Shown here one piece after another: positions 29,201-44,200 of a stretch of 64,000 nt of DNA. The notes beneath the pieces are model-generated. The model saw only the letters and a list, made by a program, of their open reading frames with translations, searched no databases and was not told the origin of the DNA. The stretch is from Phoronis australis. Lineage: Eukaryota; Animalia; Phoronida. The position numbers and the translations under genes were made by a program. The stretch is from positions 418,824 through 482,823 of the forward strand of contig NMRA01000196.1 of assembly GCA_002633005.1 (NCBI GenBank). The letters run 5' to 3'. Within the stretch, counting starts at the first letter, position 1, and every line of letters begins with the position of its first letter.

Positions 29201-32200
29201 GATAAAATAAAATCATCCAATTAAGATGATGAAAAGGTACTTGGGCAATCCAAATGCATTGTTACTTTGGCCACCCTTAATCCCCCCATAAATTTGAGGT
29301 AAGATCAATCTGAGGTAAGATCAGGTAGGGGCTGGTCTCCACTCAAATAAATTCAACTTTTCGGTGAATGGCTTTTTAAGTTTTCTATGTGCTCTAGTTT
29401 TGGATAACACAGGTTGACCAAAGCTCAAAACAGCAATTTAATTAGATTGAAATTGCACACTTTTGACCCAGATGTGGTTTATGTTCACATTAATTCCGTT
29501 TATGGGCCTGGTGCATTGTTTATGGGCTTCTTTGATATCTCTGTTGGATTTATCTTCACCAAGCTTGATTTTGAGCTCAAGCCCTGAGTTTCTTGAGTGT
29601 CCAGGAATGTGTTTTCTTCATGTTTAGTTGATTTGTGGAATTTTGTTTGAGCTGTTTTGCATTAAGTCCAGACCATTGAGTTTGTTACTGATAATACAAG
29701 AACATGTTTTCCCATACTGGATTTGACCAGTATTATTGAAATTTCTGTGGAAGTGGTCTTGTAGGTCAGTGGCCATGCTGCTGTATAATTTGTTGGGTTG
29801 TATTTTACCTGATTGTAGTGAAACCACTTGCTCGCAGTCTTAAATTTGTAAATCGCTTCAACACTGTTTGGTTTTTTTAATTCTAAAATCTCAAAAAGCT
29901 GTGCAGGTATTATGTTTGTTGTCAATGAATACTCATGGACTGCTGATTCTGAAAGTTTGTCTCAAAGTCTTGTATGTCCATAAATACACATACTAGTTCA
30001 GCCTGACATCCTGTGTGAAATTTATGGGTAATTAAGTCTCACATATCTAAAACATTAAAAGACTGGCTTTATTGCTGTAGACCTGTGCCTAGTGATAAGC
30101 AGGGATTTGATTGGTATATCACTCAACAGTGTGTGAAGATAATAGTGAAGTCATTTGAGCTGTGATAGTCTAACTGTTCTGTCACTGGAAAGGATGACTT
30201 GTCCCTTTTGCCATGGGGTCAATCCAGCAGGAGGAACTCGTGCGCTGATATGTGACTGCAGATGATCGAACAGTGGGTGGATTTTGTGGAGACAGTTTGG
30301 TAGATATTGTGCTATTGATGTGCCCATGTGGCCTGAGTTCTTGCACACTGAATGGGAGACAAGGCACCTGGCCTTTATCTGGACCATCTCTTCTTGCTGT
30401 CATGAGGGTTCTTATGTATCCTTCCCATCTTTTTATGTGACTAGGGTTTTTCACAATGTATTGGGATAAGGGTGTAGTGCTAAGGTGGTTTTGTGTGGCC
30501 TAATTCTACTCCTTTGTGATTAAGCTATCTTAAGAATCTTAAAATGTGTTAATGGAATGTCCTTAAGGCCTATCTGTCAAGTTGCTGAAGTGTTGGCTGG
30601 ACCCTTCCAAGTACTGTGATCTTGTTAATGCACCTTGCAGTTTCTAACATCCGTTTCATTTTTGTGAAGGTTTTGAAAACGACACAGAGCATTGCACAAT
30701 GTCTTTTGTAATCTGGTTTGTACCTTTATCACTATCAAAAACGAGAAGTTAATCTGAAGAAATGAAGTGACGGTTTTCACTTCTTCAGTTTTACGTCTAT
30801 AACCAATTATCAAAAAAGACATTCACTCCCATCAACTAAATATCTCTTGAGTGAACACTGTTGAAATCACTGCTCAGTAAATTTCAGAAGTATAAAAAGA
30901 TGTTGGCAAGTCAGGTGTATGTAATGAATTCTGAAGTATTTGGAGGGAAATCATTCAAAGGAGCAATCATGAAATTTTACCTAAAAGTGTTCAAAAGTGC
31001 ATGTAAATTTGAAAGCTTAGCTGCCATTACACTTAAATTTTGGTTTACCAGTTGGTTGTTCCCTGAGTAAGATTATTTGCTAATCGTGATACTGGAGGAA
31101 AGGATATGGTCAATTTGTGTTGAAATTGAAAAACAGGGATGTTGCCTAGACCTTTTTTCTAAAGCCTAATTCAGTTTTCACTTGACAATGGTCACTTTTG
31201 TGAAGTTGTTCCTTAAGCTGATAAGCCACAATAGTTGAACTCAGAGCTGAGTATCACTAAATGAGAATGACCTGGATTGAGAACAAAAGAATTGTCATAC
31301 ATTACAGTGTTGAAAGTTCACCTTTTTGGGTTGTGGTTGAATTTGGTGAAAAACAATCCATCACCGCATGAATGAGCTGTCCATAAACATAATTTTTTAA
31401 TTGGGCCAGAGAAATCTATTGGTCTGTTTTTTGTTGGTTTCTTTTCATTTTGCATAAGAGCTGAAAGGAAAAAACAAAGACTAAAGCTGCCTTAGGAAGA
31501 GGGTCTTAACCACATAGATCACCACTTATCATTTATTTATTTATTATTTATTTATTATTGTGATATTTAAAATGAGGATGGCCTCTTCAGTGATAGCACT
31601 GCTTTCCAAGAGGGCCCTCATTTACAATTTCATCCCTCTACAAAGTGTTTTTTTCAGTGTATGGTAACTAGAGTTAACCATTCATTGTTATGACACATTT
31701 TTTAGCAAATTTGTCTGTTGAAACAATCACATGTGGAAAATGAGCCATGGTCTATCTGCAGTGACCTTATTGTGTTCTTGTCAGTGTAAATGGAGCTGAA
31801 CGAAGCCAGCAATCAACTCCCCTGTTTCAATCAATGTTGGCAGATTCTTAAACTTAAGAATGCTGCCATTGTATTCAGCCTGGAAATGGGATCGATTTGG
31901 GGTCAAACACCATTTAAACTGAGGAATTTGTTTCAAGGTTGAGAAATTGATTATTTGTTTTTGAGGATTGGGAAGGAGTTTGTAAAAGTTCCATGCTTTG
32001 GAAAATAAGCTAGAAATCTTGTGTTACTAACTCTTATCATTTAGGGGCTTTTAGGAAGGTTACAATTAAATCTGTGATACTTAAACTTGAAATGCAAGTT
32101 TTTTAGTTTATTGTAAAGTATGAATAACTTAATTTATTTTTTGTTTTGTTTCAATCTCATCAACAGCGTGCAGTGTCAAAACAGTTTCATGGAAAATTGT

Positions 32201-35200
32201 TGTTTGAGTAGAAACTGATAAAATGTCATGAAGTCGTTACTCTATTCAGGAAATTGGTAATTTGCTAGCAAATATGCAATAATTGAATCTGGAAATAGAT
32301 TGTCAATTAATTAGTTGATCAATTCAAACTGACACGATGCGACTAACATCAAATTGACAGAAATTGTTTCTGTTGTAATGTCAATAGTTTGCTGATGCTG
32401 GCAATAACTTCTTGGCCTGCAGGCAAAAATGTTATTCACTGGGTGAGGTACTAGTTGGATTTTATTGTGTAAAAATTAATGATAAAGATATTAGTAATAT
32501 TGTAAATATTTGGTAGTTTTCTTGTTGTAATGAAAATATCTGATATGGTACACGAACTACTATAATTTATTGTCACACTGTTATTTGTCAAGTCAGTGTT
32601 TCATAACTTAATCATGGACCTTTTGAAATGTAATGCTGTGCTCAAATGTCAAAAGTTTCTTTGTTTAAGTGGAATTTCTGGAAAACTGATTTCTTGATGG
32701 TATCTGCATCATGAAACATTCAAATTTGCTTACCGGGATTTTTTGCAGATTAAAGCCCATCCCATGAAACGCCCATGGTTGTTTATTCGGAAAATAACGC
32801 TAAATACACGCCATGGGGCCCTGGGCGTATATTTGGTGTAACAACTTGCAGTGTCAAGTGTCCAGACAGTGGGATGTTTATTTGGAAATTTTCCTCTTTA
32901 AAGCCCACTCAGTGTCAATTTTTGTCACAAATTCAGTTTTGTGGAGCGTTTATCATTGATAAAATTAACAAGGTGTTGCATTTAGTTACATAAAAATAAA
33001 AAAGGCAGTTTTAAAAGAAAATGTCAAAGTCAGCAAAACTATGACTTTGCGCCCGTTAGCGTTTATTTGGTGTTGCTAAAATGCCTGAAATTTTTCATTT
33101 GCTGAATACACGCCCATGGTTTTATCTACAGAAATTCCGGGTAGCAACTTTAAATGGTTTTCTGTATGCACCTGGTGCATGCAGTTGTATCATGCTGTGT
33201 TTATTAATTCCTTATTATTGATATTAGACTCCTATCACATTCATTAAATGTGCACGTTGAGAAGTTGTTGTTGTCATTGTGAGCCCACATCTGACAATTA
33301 GCATGGGTGCAGTTAAGGATAACGGTGTGAGAGGATGTCGAAATATCTGTAAAATTCTCTTGACTGTGACTGGAAGTGATTTTTGTTGTGTGTTTTAATG
33401 CAGCTGCCAGTCAGAAGTAGGTGTGGATTTTAATGTGTTATTGGACACTGTGGCCATCTAAAACTCCGAATGAACTCTGTGAACATGGAATTTACTTACT
33501 CTCCTTCAATGTTCTCTTGCTTTATAATGTCCACAGCTCCATATAAACAGTGATAGACAGTTTTACAACAGGCCTGTCAGTCTGAGTACCCCCATCTTGT
33601 TGTGAATTGATTTATCTCTGGTAATTAAGATAACTGTGTAACTAATTAAGATAAGCCTGATTACATAGACTGTTTGTTCCTCCTGGTTAGGCTATCAGGC
33701 AAAGGTGCCATCAACCAATGTCTTTGTTAATTGGCCAAATGTCTTTTCTTCTGACAGATTCCTTGCTCACTAATGGCCAACTCTCAGATCCATTTTTAAA
33801 CTACTCAAAATAGTCTTTGAACCTATGAGATGCTTTCCATTCACCAACAGTTTGTTGACATTTATCTGCAATTTTTAAATGTAAGCCTTGCATTCGATGG
33901 TGTTACACTGGGTTTCATTATAGATAAAATACATCAACCTTGAAACCTTGCATTTATTCTTTTTGACAAAAGGATCGCACAACTTGAGATTTTTAGTAAA
34001 CATCCTTTTTGTTATTGGCAGTGGTCAGCCTTGGAGCTGATTTCACTTTCTAATGGCTACTCCATTACTGAGGGGTGTGTTAACTGAAATCCAGACTCAT
34101 GATTGTGCCATACTTGCACTGAGAAGCAACTTCCCTTTACACAGGGATAATTTGATTAAAAATGACATATTTAAACTTCAAGTGGAAGACCAGTATCACA
34201 CTGAGAGCACAGGGCTGTGTATTTATTTAGGGAAACTTAAACAACTTTTTGGTGTTTCTTTATGTTTTGTCTGTCCAGGGATCTTACTTTGATTCTGAGA
34301 GTAGTTTTAGTTGCCTGTAGTGCTTAAACCAACTTATTTATATCTCCTTTAAGACTGATGTTTGCTGCACACAATTTTGCACACATGCCTGTTTGCCCAC
34401 TTGGCTATTTTTGCATGTGTGGTTTTTGCCATTTGAAAGATGTGTATTCTTTGAATAGAAGTCGCTTTCCCATTAGAAGCGAAACTTCACTTTTTACCGA
34501 AGTTTTGGTAAGTGGGAAAGGTTAAATCCGAAACTTCGCTTAAAATTGTAGGATGTAAAAGTGAAGCTTCAGTACTAACCGAATCTTCGGTATTAGTGGG
34601 TTACTGGGAACACTAAATGCTAAGCTTTGTAGATGTTATCGGTATAGGTCGCGGAACCATATAGGATGACCTGAGACTCCTGCTCTTTGTTATTGTAGTG
34701 TAGCTGACATGCCTTCTATAGAGGGACGTAAATAAATAAATAAAAGAGCATATTTGATGAAGAATAGACACTGATCATTTTCGTAAACACTCATAAATTG
34801 CAGGCGAACAATTTTCAGTTAGCCTCAAACCCACTTCTCAGCATTCGTTTGAGAATACGAATGAACTGCGTTGGCTGTTGATATAGTGATAACTTTGATG
34901 TCACTGTTAAGTGGGAAAGGTGTGCAAAGTTTCAGCCAAGCATTGGTATAAGAAAGTCCCCCTAATAGGTATGCACTTCAATAAACACAAGCATTAACCT
35001 GTGTTGGTCTGCTGGCATGGGGGGGGGTTAAACCGTGTCAATTCGCAACAACCCAAAGGTTGGGAATGACATCGAATGTAGTTGAAAAAATGTTTCCCAA
35101 AAAGCTATCACCAGCAAGAACAGTGCTAAGTGTCATTGTCTGGATGTACTCGGGTGACTTAAAAGGGAAGGTGCAATGATATCCGCCCACTGACTGCTCA

Positions 35201-38200
35201 AGTTAGTTTTGTTATATAGACAGCTAAAAAAGACGCAAACATGTTCACTGTTTATAAACCAGATTTAATTAACAGAACCTCATATTTTCAAAATTGTCAA
35301 ATAAGTAACACAAAATACGTAGGGATTTGTTTGCACTTAAAGAGAGTTCATAGGTATGAACTTTTGTAAATGTTCAGTGTGTGGTGTTGTTCTCCTGACT
35401 GGAAAATAAAATTTATTTTCTTAAGTGTAGTCAAGTTCCATTTTGAACCAGTTTATTCAACATGTCTGGATTTAGAATGGTGGAATCTGAATGTTCAATT
35501 AATTCCTGCCCTCCAGCTAAATGTCATGTTGTTACTCAGTTTCCAGTCCTGTTATTTATTCACATTGTTTAGATTTAGACATTCAATTAAATAGAGCTGC
35601 TGGGGGTTTATTTATACAAGGGGATATGGATACTGCTTGTGTGGTACTGATCCTCTGGGAGTCCTTCCAGACAGGGTGGAGAGTGGGTATGGGGTTATTG
35701 TATTCCCAAGTGGCTCTCTCACAGGTGACAATTATTCTGCCTTCAGATATTGAAGTTAGGAGAAGGCAGGTCAAATACTTGAAACAAACATTCACAAAAG
35801 ATGTCCTATCTGCTTATTGCCAGTAAGTGTAACATTTTTATGCAAAACCCATAATATTCTGGCCAATCAAGTGATTGTTCTTGGGTGAAGAGGGCCTAAC
35901 CACAAGTTATGTCACAGGATTGTTACTTTCTCATTGAAGGCAGATCTGCTGAGTGATTGTGGGAGCAGTCTATCAGAAATCTAATTGAGTGTGCTACAAG
36001 CATAACAGTATATGTTTTTTTGGAGTATGGACCAGTCATCTGTATTGGGAGCTTATGTAGGAGACTGTGAAGAACACCTTTGTTATCATTGGGTCAGTTA
36101 AGTCAGTGATGCAAGATAGAGTCATGATATTCGGTGTAAATAAGTAATTTCAGCATTAGGATAAGAATTTATTTTCAGACTAAGTTTTTTCTTAACAAGT
36201 TAACAAACAAAAGTTAAAAATATCAAGAATCCTTAGCCCCTAGGACATAGTCATGAATTAACAGGGCTGTAAATTCAAGTGAATGTTTGACTGCTCTAAA
36301 AGAATGTTGAACCTAAATTTTCTAATACCATTTAGAAATCAGTTCCAATTTCTTACTTCTTGTAACCTGTCATCACAAAGATGCCAACAAATACTGACAG
36401 AATGAAGGTCACATCATTGTGAAATTTCCAACAGGCTCCTATGTTTATATTTGTTGCAAGTCTTATCAGAAAACAACCCAACTTTATTTCCAGCTCACAG
36501 TAACATATATCAACACCCAGTTTCAATTACATTACATACTGCCTAGATAATGAGCTAACTTTAAGTCTTGATTCTTAGCTCCATCACTTCAGGCGTTCTC
36601 ATATCATTTTGGCTCAGAGCAGCTTTGGTACTTAGTTAGCGACACCAGAAGTAAATATCACCCCCACTCCCCAGCAGGATCTCTTTGCCGCTTCTGTTGG
36701 AACGTATTGAAAATGTTGAAAATGATTAAAAAGGCATATTTAAGAACTGGTTAAATTTCTTCAACATCAGGAGCTTACAAGTGTGGGCAGTAAACACTAA
36801 GAGTGAATAGTGTTGTGGTCCTTCTGTCTGACCACTTTTATTACTGCAGTTGTACAACATCCTTGAAAGCATATGGTACCAGAGATTAAATTGGTTCAGT
36901 AATGGGTTGCAGTGTGCTTGCTCTTGAGACATGTTATCTGAGTGATAGGTGATATTTGGTGAGGATGTGCTTCAGTGCATTTGATGTAATGTTAATTGTT
37001 ATGCATTGTGCAACCAATTGACCATGAAATATTGGTTTCAACCACAAGAAGGCAGGTGCTGTTGGCTTGGGAGCTGTCAGTGCATGGCTGGGGGTACTCA
37101 AAGGACTGTATATTTGGCCTGGGGCAGTTGCGGATTTAGGAAGGCAAAGTGGACCATGACCCCCCTAAAAATCTTCTAGATTCCATTCGGCAGTTTGGGT
37201 GTGCGAATGTCTAGATGTGCAAAATCCTGGCTAATATTCTGCACTGGCACCCTCTAACTCAAAATCCTGGAAACGTCCCTTTGGGGGTTTGGGTGCTTGT
37301 TAGGGTTAGGGTCAGTCTGTTCCAAATTATTGGTAAAGACCTGGGAGAGAAGTGGCACTACATATTTTGAATCCTCATTAACACCATACATGCACAATTG
37401 AGGATCTCAAGTACCTGAATGATAATACCCACCAGGTGATGAAAAGTCATTCCTAATGCCAAAAGGCCAAAGGCAGAGGTATCATTTAGCTCAGTGTTTA
37501 CATCTGTAAGTGTTTACAACTGTAAGTATCATGATCAACTATAGGCCAGGAGGCTGTAAAACTTGTGAGAGATGGGGATGAAGCCACAAGAAAGGGGTGA
37601 CAACTGGTGGAAGGTGAATCAGGCTCTCTGACAGGCTCCCTTATGTAGACATTTGACCCCAAGGTGTCTAATTATACTCCGTTTTAGGGCATTTGAGGCT
37701 CTCAGGCACAGTTGACCAGTTTCACAACTCACTGTGTGCCTGGTGGTTACTGATGGTGGCTATTGTATGTTTTTCTTGCCAGCTAATGTTTCTTGCAAGT
37801 ATTGGCTCTTTTATAATTTTATTTATATGCCTCATAAAAGAATAATGGCTCATGTAAGTGTTATGTTTCAATAGCTTCCAGTTATTTATTGGCGTCTTTG
37901 TTGACACAATAGCCTAGCAGTTTCTGGATGAGTCAGTTTTTGAGGGCAATCATACTGGGTTGTGTTTACAGTCAGAGGAAGTCCATTGACCAGTGTAAAT
38001 AGCTTTTGCCTATGTTTTCATTTTTTACAGGTTAATGTAAACCAAGCATTAGTTGGCTATCTGGCAGCTTTTGAACATGACAATTTCTTTGTGTAGGAAG
38101 TCTACAAAGGGATTAAGCTTAATACACAGACATGTTGAAAGAATTTCTGTTCAAACTTTCGCCTGGTGTTATGGTAGTTTTATTGATGTGGTCTGCAGTG

Positions 38201-41200
38201 TTCTGGGCATTTCAGCTAATGTTATTAATTAACTACTCCAGGTTCTTGAATGTTCTTTTATAAGAACATTAAGTCAGTTTCATCTAATATCAGCCTCTTC
38301 AAAATCTATGTACAGAGCACTAGCCAAAATGCAAAATATATCCTGTTAGGGATGCATGATCACGGACTAATAAAAAATAACATCGATTTGTAAATGTGGT
38401 GTGCCACCATTAGCCAAGAGGCTCCCCATTGTCTGAATTCCTCAAAAGCCCATGAGGGCCTCAGTCCTCATCATTAAAAATGATTCATTGTTTTAAATCA
38501 CTGTTCCTGCAACAGTGTGTGTGACATTGTTAGTGTGTTTGATCATCAGATAGTGGCCACAGACCATTATAATGTTTTGTATAGTATATGGCCATGACTG
38601 CTTTATCTATGTTACCAAGTATGTTGGCACATCAGGGTGCAAGGCATATCGTGTTCAATTTAATTTTTATTTGTACAGTCATCCTTAAAAAGCAGAACAC
38701 TAAGACATTTGAAAAATTGTTTTTTTATTTTTATGTTATTTTGAGACCAAGTGCGACTTTATGTTGTAATGATATGGTAACACTGACATGAGGCCATATA
38801 GCATATAGCAGGGCCATATTCTTGAAATAAAATATTGCTTTCAATCTTATTCCTGTAAAAGGTGTTGTTGACATAAATTTGATAACAAATGTAGCAATCA
38901 TGTTTCAAGACAGCATTCCCCTCTAAAAATAATAATGTATTTATTGGTAGTTACAATAAGCATATTGTGGAGGCAATAAATGAGGATTATTGAAATGTGT
39001 TTACCAGCTTTTAATGGATAAGCCAGTCTGTATCAATTGCAGCTTAGGAAGCCACAAACACAGTTCTGTTTTGATAACCCAAGTGGTCAGTTTAAAATCA
39101 AACCATTGAGGGAGAGCAGCAGTTTAGTTGAAGAACACCTATACCATGGTCCTCTGAGACTCTGCTTACAACTGGGATGACATTAGTGGTGTTGATTTTT
39201 ATTCACTCTGTAAGCCAGGCTGGTTTAGATTATTTGACCTTTGTGCGTTTTGCATGTGATACTGTGTGTTAGCCGACACACCAATGTGTTACTGATTTCT
39301 TCTACATTTCTCCAGGCAGTATTTGCCACTCAACAACGTGGCATTAGGTGTGCATAAACAATGGACTTTATGAGGTTGTCTACAGTGTTTTTATCGAGTG
39401 TAAAATCCTTGCTGATAACTATGAGTTTCTTTGTGATCACAGAACTGATTCAGCATTGATGGTGAGCAATTGTCTTCATGCATCTTGGACCCTACTGTAA
39501 ACAAGTTGCTGTGAGGTTTATGACAGTGGTGGATGTGTAATGGAATCCAATCTTCAAAGAGTGTCTCTGCAGCTATCCCAAATTCCTAACAGACTTTATC
39601 AGGAGCTGTTTTGAATTTGAAAGTCATCCATTCCAGGTTGTTTTTTGACTTGAGTGGATTCATGAACAGTTGTGCTGAGGTGTACTGTACAAAATGGTTC
39701 TTGGAAACGCGAAAACCTATAAACCTTGGAAGGTTTTTCTCCTCACTCTGTTTGGCAAGAGATTTGAAATCCTCCTTTCAACGCAATCGTGAACAATTGT
39801 TACAGCACTGAACACAACCGTGGTTTTGCCTGATACTGGATGACCATTGAGTAACCTACCAGGGAATATAAAAAGACCAGATCTTCTCCGCTCCACAGTT
39901 TGCCATTGGCCCATTATCGATCACAATGATTGGAGTGCTTCATCTTGTAATTGTCCTATGTTTTGTTAATGTTGTAGTCCTCGGTCAAATGAATATCTGG
40001 ACAGGACGAGTGTGCTGTGATATAGCTGTAACTCGTCGGTGTATGGCAGGCTGCAGCCGAGTAAGTATGATTCAGTCTCCGATGTAATAGTCCCATATCC
40101 GACTATTACCATCTCGCAAACATATACTGGCATTGCAATGTTGCCAAATATTGTTCCGGATATGTCCAAACTAGATTTTGTTGAATAAAGCTTAAATTTC
40201 TCTGAACATAACCATAATGTGTGCTCGTATCATTATCAGAAAAGCGTTAACTGTAATGTTAGAATACAACGTTGTGGAAAGGCGAATTTCGTTTATTGGA
40301 AGTACAGAATTCCTTACATAAATGTAGCTTTTGTATACTTCAAAGTTGTCTCCTTGAATTAAACAGTTATGATTAAAATCAGAATGCATTTGTCATTTAT
40401 TTTGTTCTTTGGGATTTTTTGTTTTCAAAGTTTGTATCGAGTACAGTAATTTTTCACTTTCTTAGCACACAATATGGCCGACAAGAGAAATTCTGTTTTT
40501 GTTAAATTCATCCACAAAAATAACGATTAAAAACACTTCAGTCTGTTAAAAGCATAATGTGCAGTTTGTAGATATCATAAAATAACATTTTCTAAAGTTC
40601 CCGTTATTTGTAAAAAGTTAATCATTTTAAAATTGGAAATATTACCAATTTGGCAATTATTTTGTGTGGGAAATATGTGGAGACTTACTATTTGCAAGTT
40701 TGTTTCATGTCCTTTGAACCTTTAGTTTTTAACCAAGTTAAAAGAGACTTTTCAAACTGTACTTCAAAGGTTAAGTGAGAAAGAAAAAGTAATCATTTTA
40801 TTGTATTTTGCTTATTTATTTATTTTGAAAGACTGATGCAGCGATAAATTTTGTTTTAATCTGGCATGGGATAAGTTGGAATGAATCCCATAAGCAACGG
40901 TGGTGGCAGGCAGTGAGTCTTCCTGCTGAACCAGTTAACTTCATTAAACCCAAGCTTTTCATGGAGAGTGACTTTACTTTGGTATTACGCTCCTATTTCA
41001 CTATTGCGAAGCAAAGGTTTAGCCAAGTAATTATGAGCGCATCACAGTGTAAAAACAATCTGCTGGAATTATCTCTGTAACTAGCAGTCATGTGCATATT
41101 CCCAGAGATTTTTTCAGTTTCCTCAAGCGAGATTACTAAGTTATCTTCCTGGAATAGTTCCAGTGTGTGGCACTCAAAATTTCTGACTGAAGTCCTAAGT

Positions 41201-44200
41201 GAGTTTTCATGAAACACTGGTGATCTGATCCTCTTCTTTTATTGTGTGCACTTGTGAACAGTAACTCGCCATCTCATAAACCAAAATAAATGGTTCCACC
41301 CAAAAACATGAGTCATAAACAATGATCTTCAAATTTGGCGCGGCACAGGGCTTTAAACTTCATTGATAAAAAAGTTTTTACTTCAAAATAAATGGAAAGA
41401 TGCTTAATAGTGAACAGACGAATTGAACTATGAAAAGTAAATCTATCAGGTAACCAATGGATTCTTGTAAATGAATTGCCCCACTTGTCATTGCAGGCAA
41501 GATCAGAGAATGACCTGAGGGCTAGATGTCCTAAGAGGGAGGAGTCTTTCTTCTATGGCTGCATTGAAAGACAGAAGCGTGAGTTTGCATTTATACAAAC
41601 TGTTCTGCTGCTGCATTGGCAAAGAGTTTTTGGTTATGCTATGGCTTGAAAATTTTTATTGTGAGATTTGAGAAATTTGATGTCAAGCTTTTTCATTAAA
41701 ATGCATCAGATGTTGTGAATGTATGGTATGTGACTTATCCGTCAAGTGAGATTTGTGTCTTATCAGTGTTACTAAAGGAAGGCCGTTCTATTCAAAATCT
41801 GTCTCTCCTTAAGGTGCCTTAAATTGGTTGGCAGTTGGGCCCTTGGTATCACTTTAAAATTATATGTTTTTTTAACATTTTCCACTATTTTTTCTAGATT
41901 ATCTCTGGTTGAAAAAAGTTACTTTTATGTGACAAATGTCTTATTTTCACTGATAAGAGAAGCTGGCATTTTTCAGTAGTTTTGTAGTCATTTAACATAT
42001 AAGTATTGCTTGATGACACTGAGTTGTTCTACAGAGTGAATCTGTGATCTTGATTCTCCTTGGAAATTTTGTTTTTACTTGGTGTCTTAGGTTATTCAAG
42101 ATGTGTGCAGACTGGCATTACATGCATTCAGAATGTTCAACATTGGAAGTTTCTTCCTAGGTTGTGGTGGTGTTTCATGGTCAGGGGTGCTGACTGTACT
42201 GTTGTGTTTACTGACCTAAGCACTGTCACAAGGTGTAATGTTCCATCTCCCTGATGGTGAACTAGTGTTTAACTGGTTATCTCATTAACTGCCTAAATTT
42301 ACATAACATTTGGTACTAGCTGTTAATGTATTGAAGCAGGGTGCCCTGGTGGGCTACCCTTGTTTGTCCTTTAGTTGGGTATGGTATTCTCATTTAACAA
42401 ATTTGAGAAGTGTCATTGCTGGGTGTATGTCAAATATAATGCCTTGATTACCCATATACTTGTACTGTACATTGTGGCTCCATCTGGTGGTTGTCTGTGT
42501 TAGCCAGGACCTGGTGCTTAGCTACTGAACATTGAAAGGGTTGTCATAGTGTGCTTGCTTTCTAAGACCACGGGCATGGTGTTAATTTCTTTAGAGATCT
42601 TGTGCCTTCAGTTGGCAAATGTATTTCTTGATGGAAATCAACAAAATGCACCAAGTATTTCCGTCGAGGCGAGGATGGTATCCTGGCCCATTTTTAATTA
42701 GTGTCAACTTATTCTGCCCCCCTAAGTTGTTGTTAGCTTTAAGCATTCATTTTGGCATCTACCTATATTCTCTAACCTTAGGGTTGCATCATAGTTGCAA
42801 CTTTTAACAATTGTGCACTTATGATAACTTTGACCATGGCTATGCCCCCCCCCNCCCCCGCAGTAAGCAGTTTTATTTTCTTGCATCTGCCTCTGTAGCT
42901 ACCACATCCTGTTTAGATCTTGACATTAAACTATCAAAGTCTAGATGATATCTAAACATTAGTCTGTGTCTTTTGCCATCATTAGGCAATTCTATATCAA
43001 ACCAGTTACTGAAAGATCCCGACTGAACTTGCCATACATTTCATTTCCCCCTACTGTAGGTAAATTTCTGAACAAGAATCCTCACTTTATTATCCATGGC
43101 TCATCATTGAATTCTATTTCATTCTGATGATGGGTCAAGCAGTATGTGCTTCTGTCAAAGTAGTCCATGCACTTTGGTACTTGAAAGCACTAGAAGTATG
43201 AACTTAGGCAGATTCAGGGATGAGGGGTCTGTGACCGGTTGCATGGAACAGTCCCAAATAGGGACTCCTCTTAGTTCCTTTAATCTTCTGCATATTTGTA
43301 GCTTTGTTTATTGAAAATGTTTTTCTACCATTTTATCTTCATTATGATCTCCTCTTTCATGACATTTTCTAATTAAATATCTAAAAACTGAGCCCTTATA
43401 GGGACTTAGTCATTAAATTAGGGCTGTCACAGGAAAAGATTCCTACTTAATTTTCGATAATATTGATAATTCAATGTAGAGTTTACTCACAGTCTGTAGA
43501 AAGCTGAAAATTGACTTAGTAAAAACAAGACAGCTGTCAAACATGGCAATCATTGTTTTCACAAGTCTACAAATACGGTGAAAAGTTGAGGAACATAGGT
43601 AAATCTCTATGTGGGACTATTTTGTGCAACTGGGCAATCTGGTTCCTAGCAACTTTAACAAATGAAAGTGGATTTTAGTTATTCTAATGCCATTTAACAG
43701 GGAAATAATTGGCCAATAAAAGTGTCAATCAGTAGCTTTTATTGTTGAATGTTGCGTATATCCTAGGTCTGTCTGTGACCAAAGTACTGGACATGTCACA
43801 AGTAATCTCAGGTTTGCTTTCAACTTATCTGTGGTTACCTATTCCATTTAGAATCAGAGACATGCTGTACAAACATCATCAACTTTCAATGCCAATCTGC
43901 CTGTCGGGCAATCTTTGCCAGCGACATCCCACCAACGGTCCAACAGAAACAGGACGTGCATACTTTCTGTGGCACAGTATCTCCATCTGTTGTCAGCTGT
44001 GTGACTAACTACACACAATCACCGCCAGCAAGCAGCAGGACTGACAGTAAGTGAATGACACCTAGGTCTTGGGTAGTTGTGACACCTATTGGTGGTTCCT
44101 AGAACTTGTTAGCATCACTTGTCGAGAACAGTTGGTTGAATCAGTCACTGCCATTGTGAAAACTCATAGTAGGAATTTACCAAGGAATTATAAAATAAGT

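Larger units (their letters stand above)
11705..39977 (+). other. 28.3 kb RECK intron (GT...AG)
   Basis: Lies between the 37-nt and 83-nt exons, whose phases are compatible (A+TC = Ile). No nested gene was recognised. Confidence 0.85.

Noticed and set aside
37300-37311. Interstitial telomeric repeat (TTAGGG)2
   Set aside because: Only two units, which is expected by chance.
42845-42860. Single N in a poly-C run as another duplicated junction
   Set aside because: No flanking duplication seen; probably an ambiguous base in a homopolymer.
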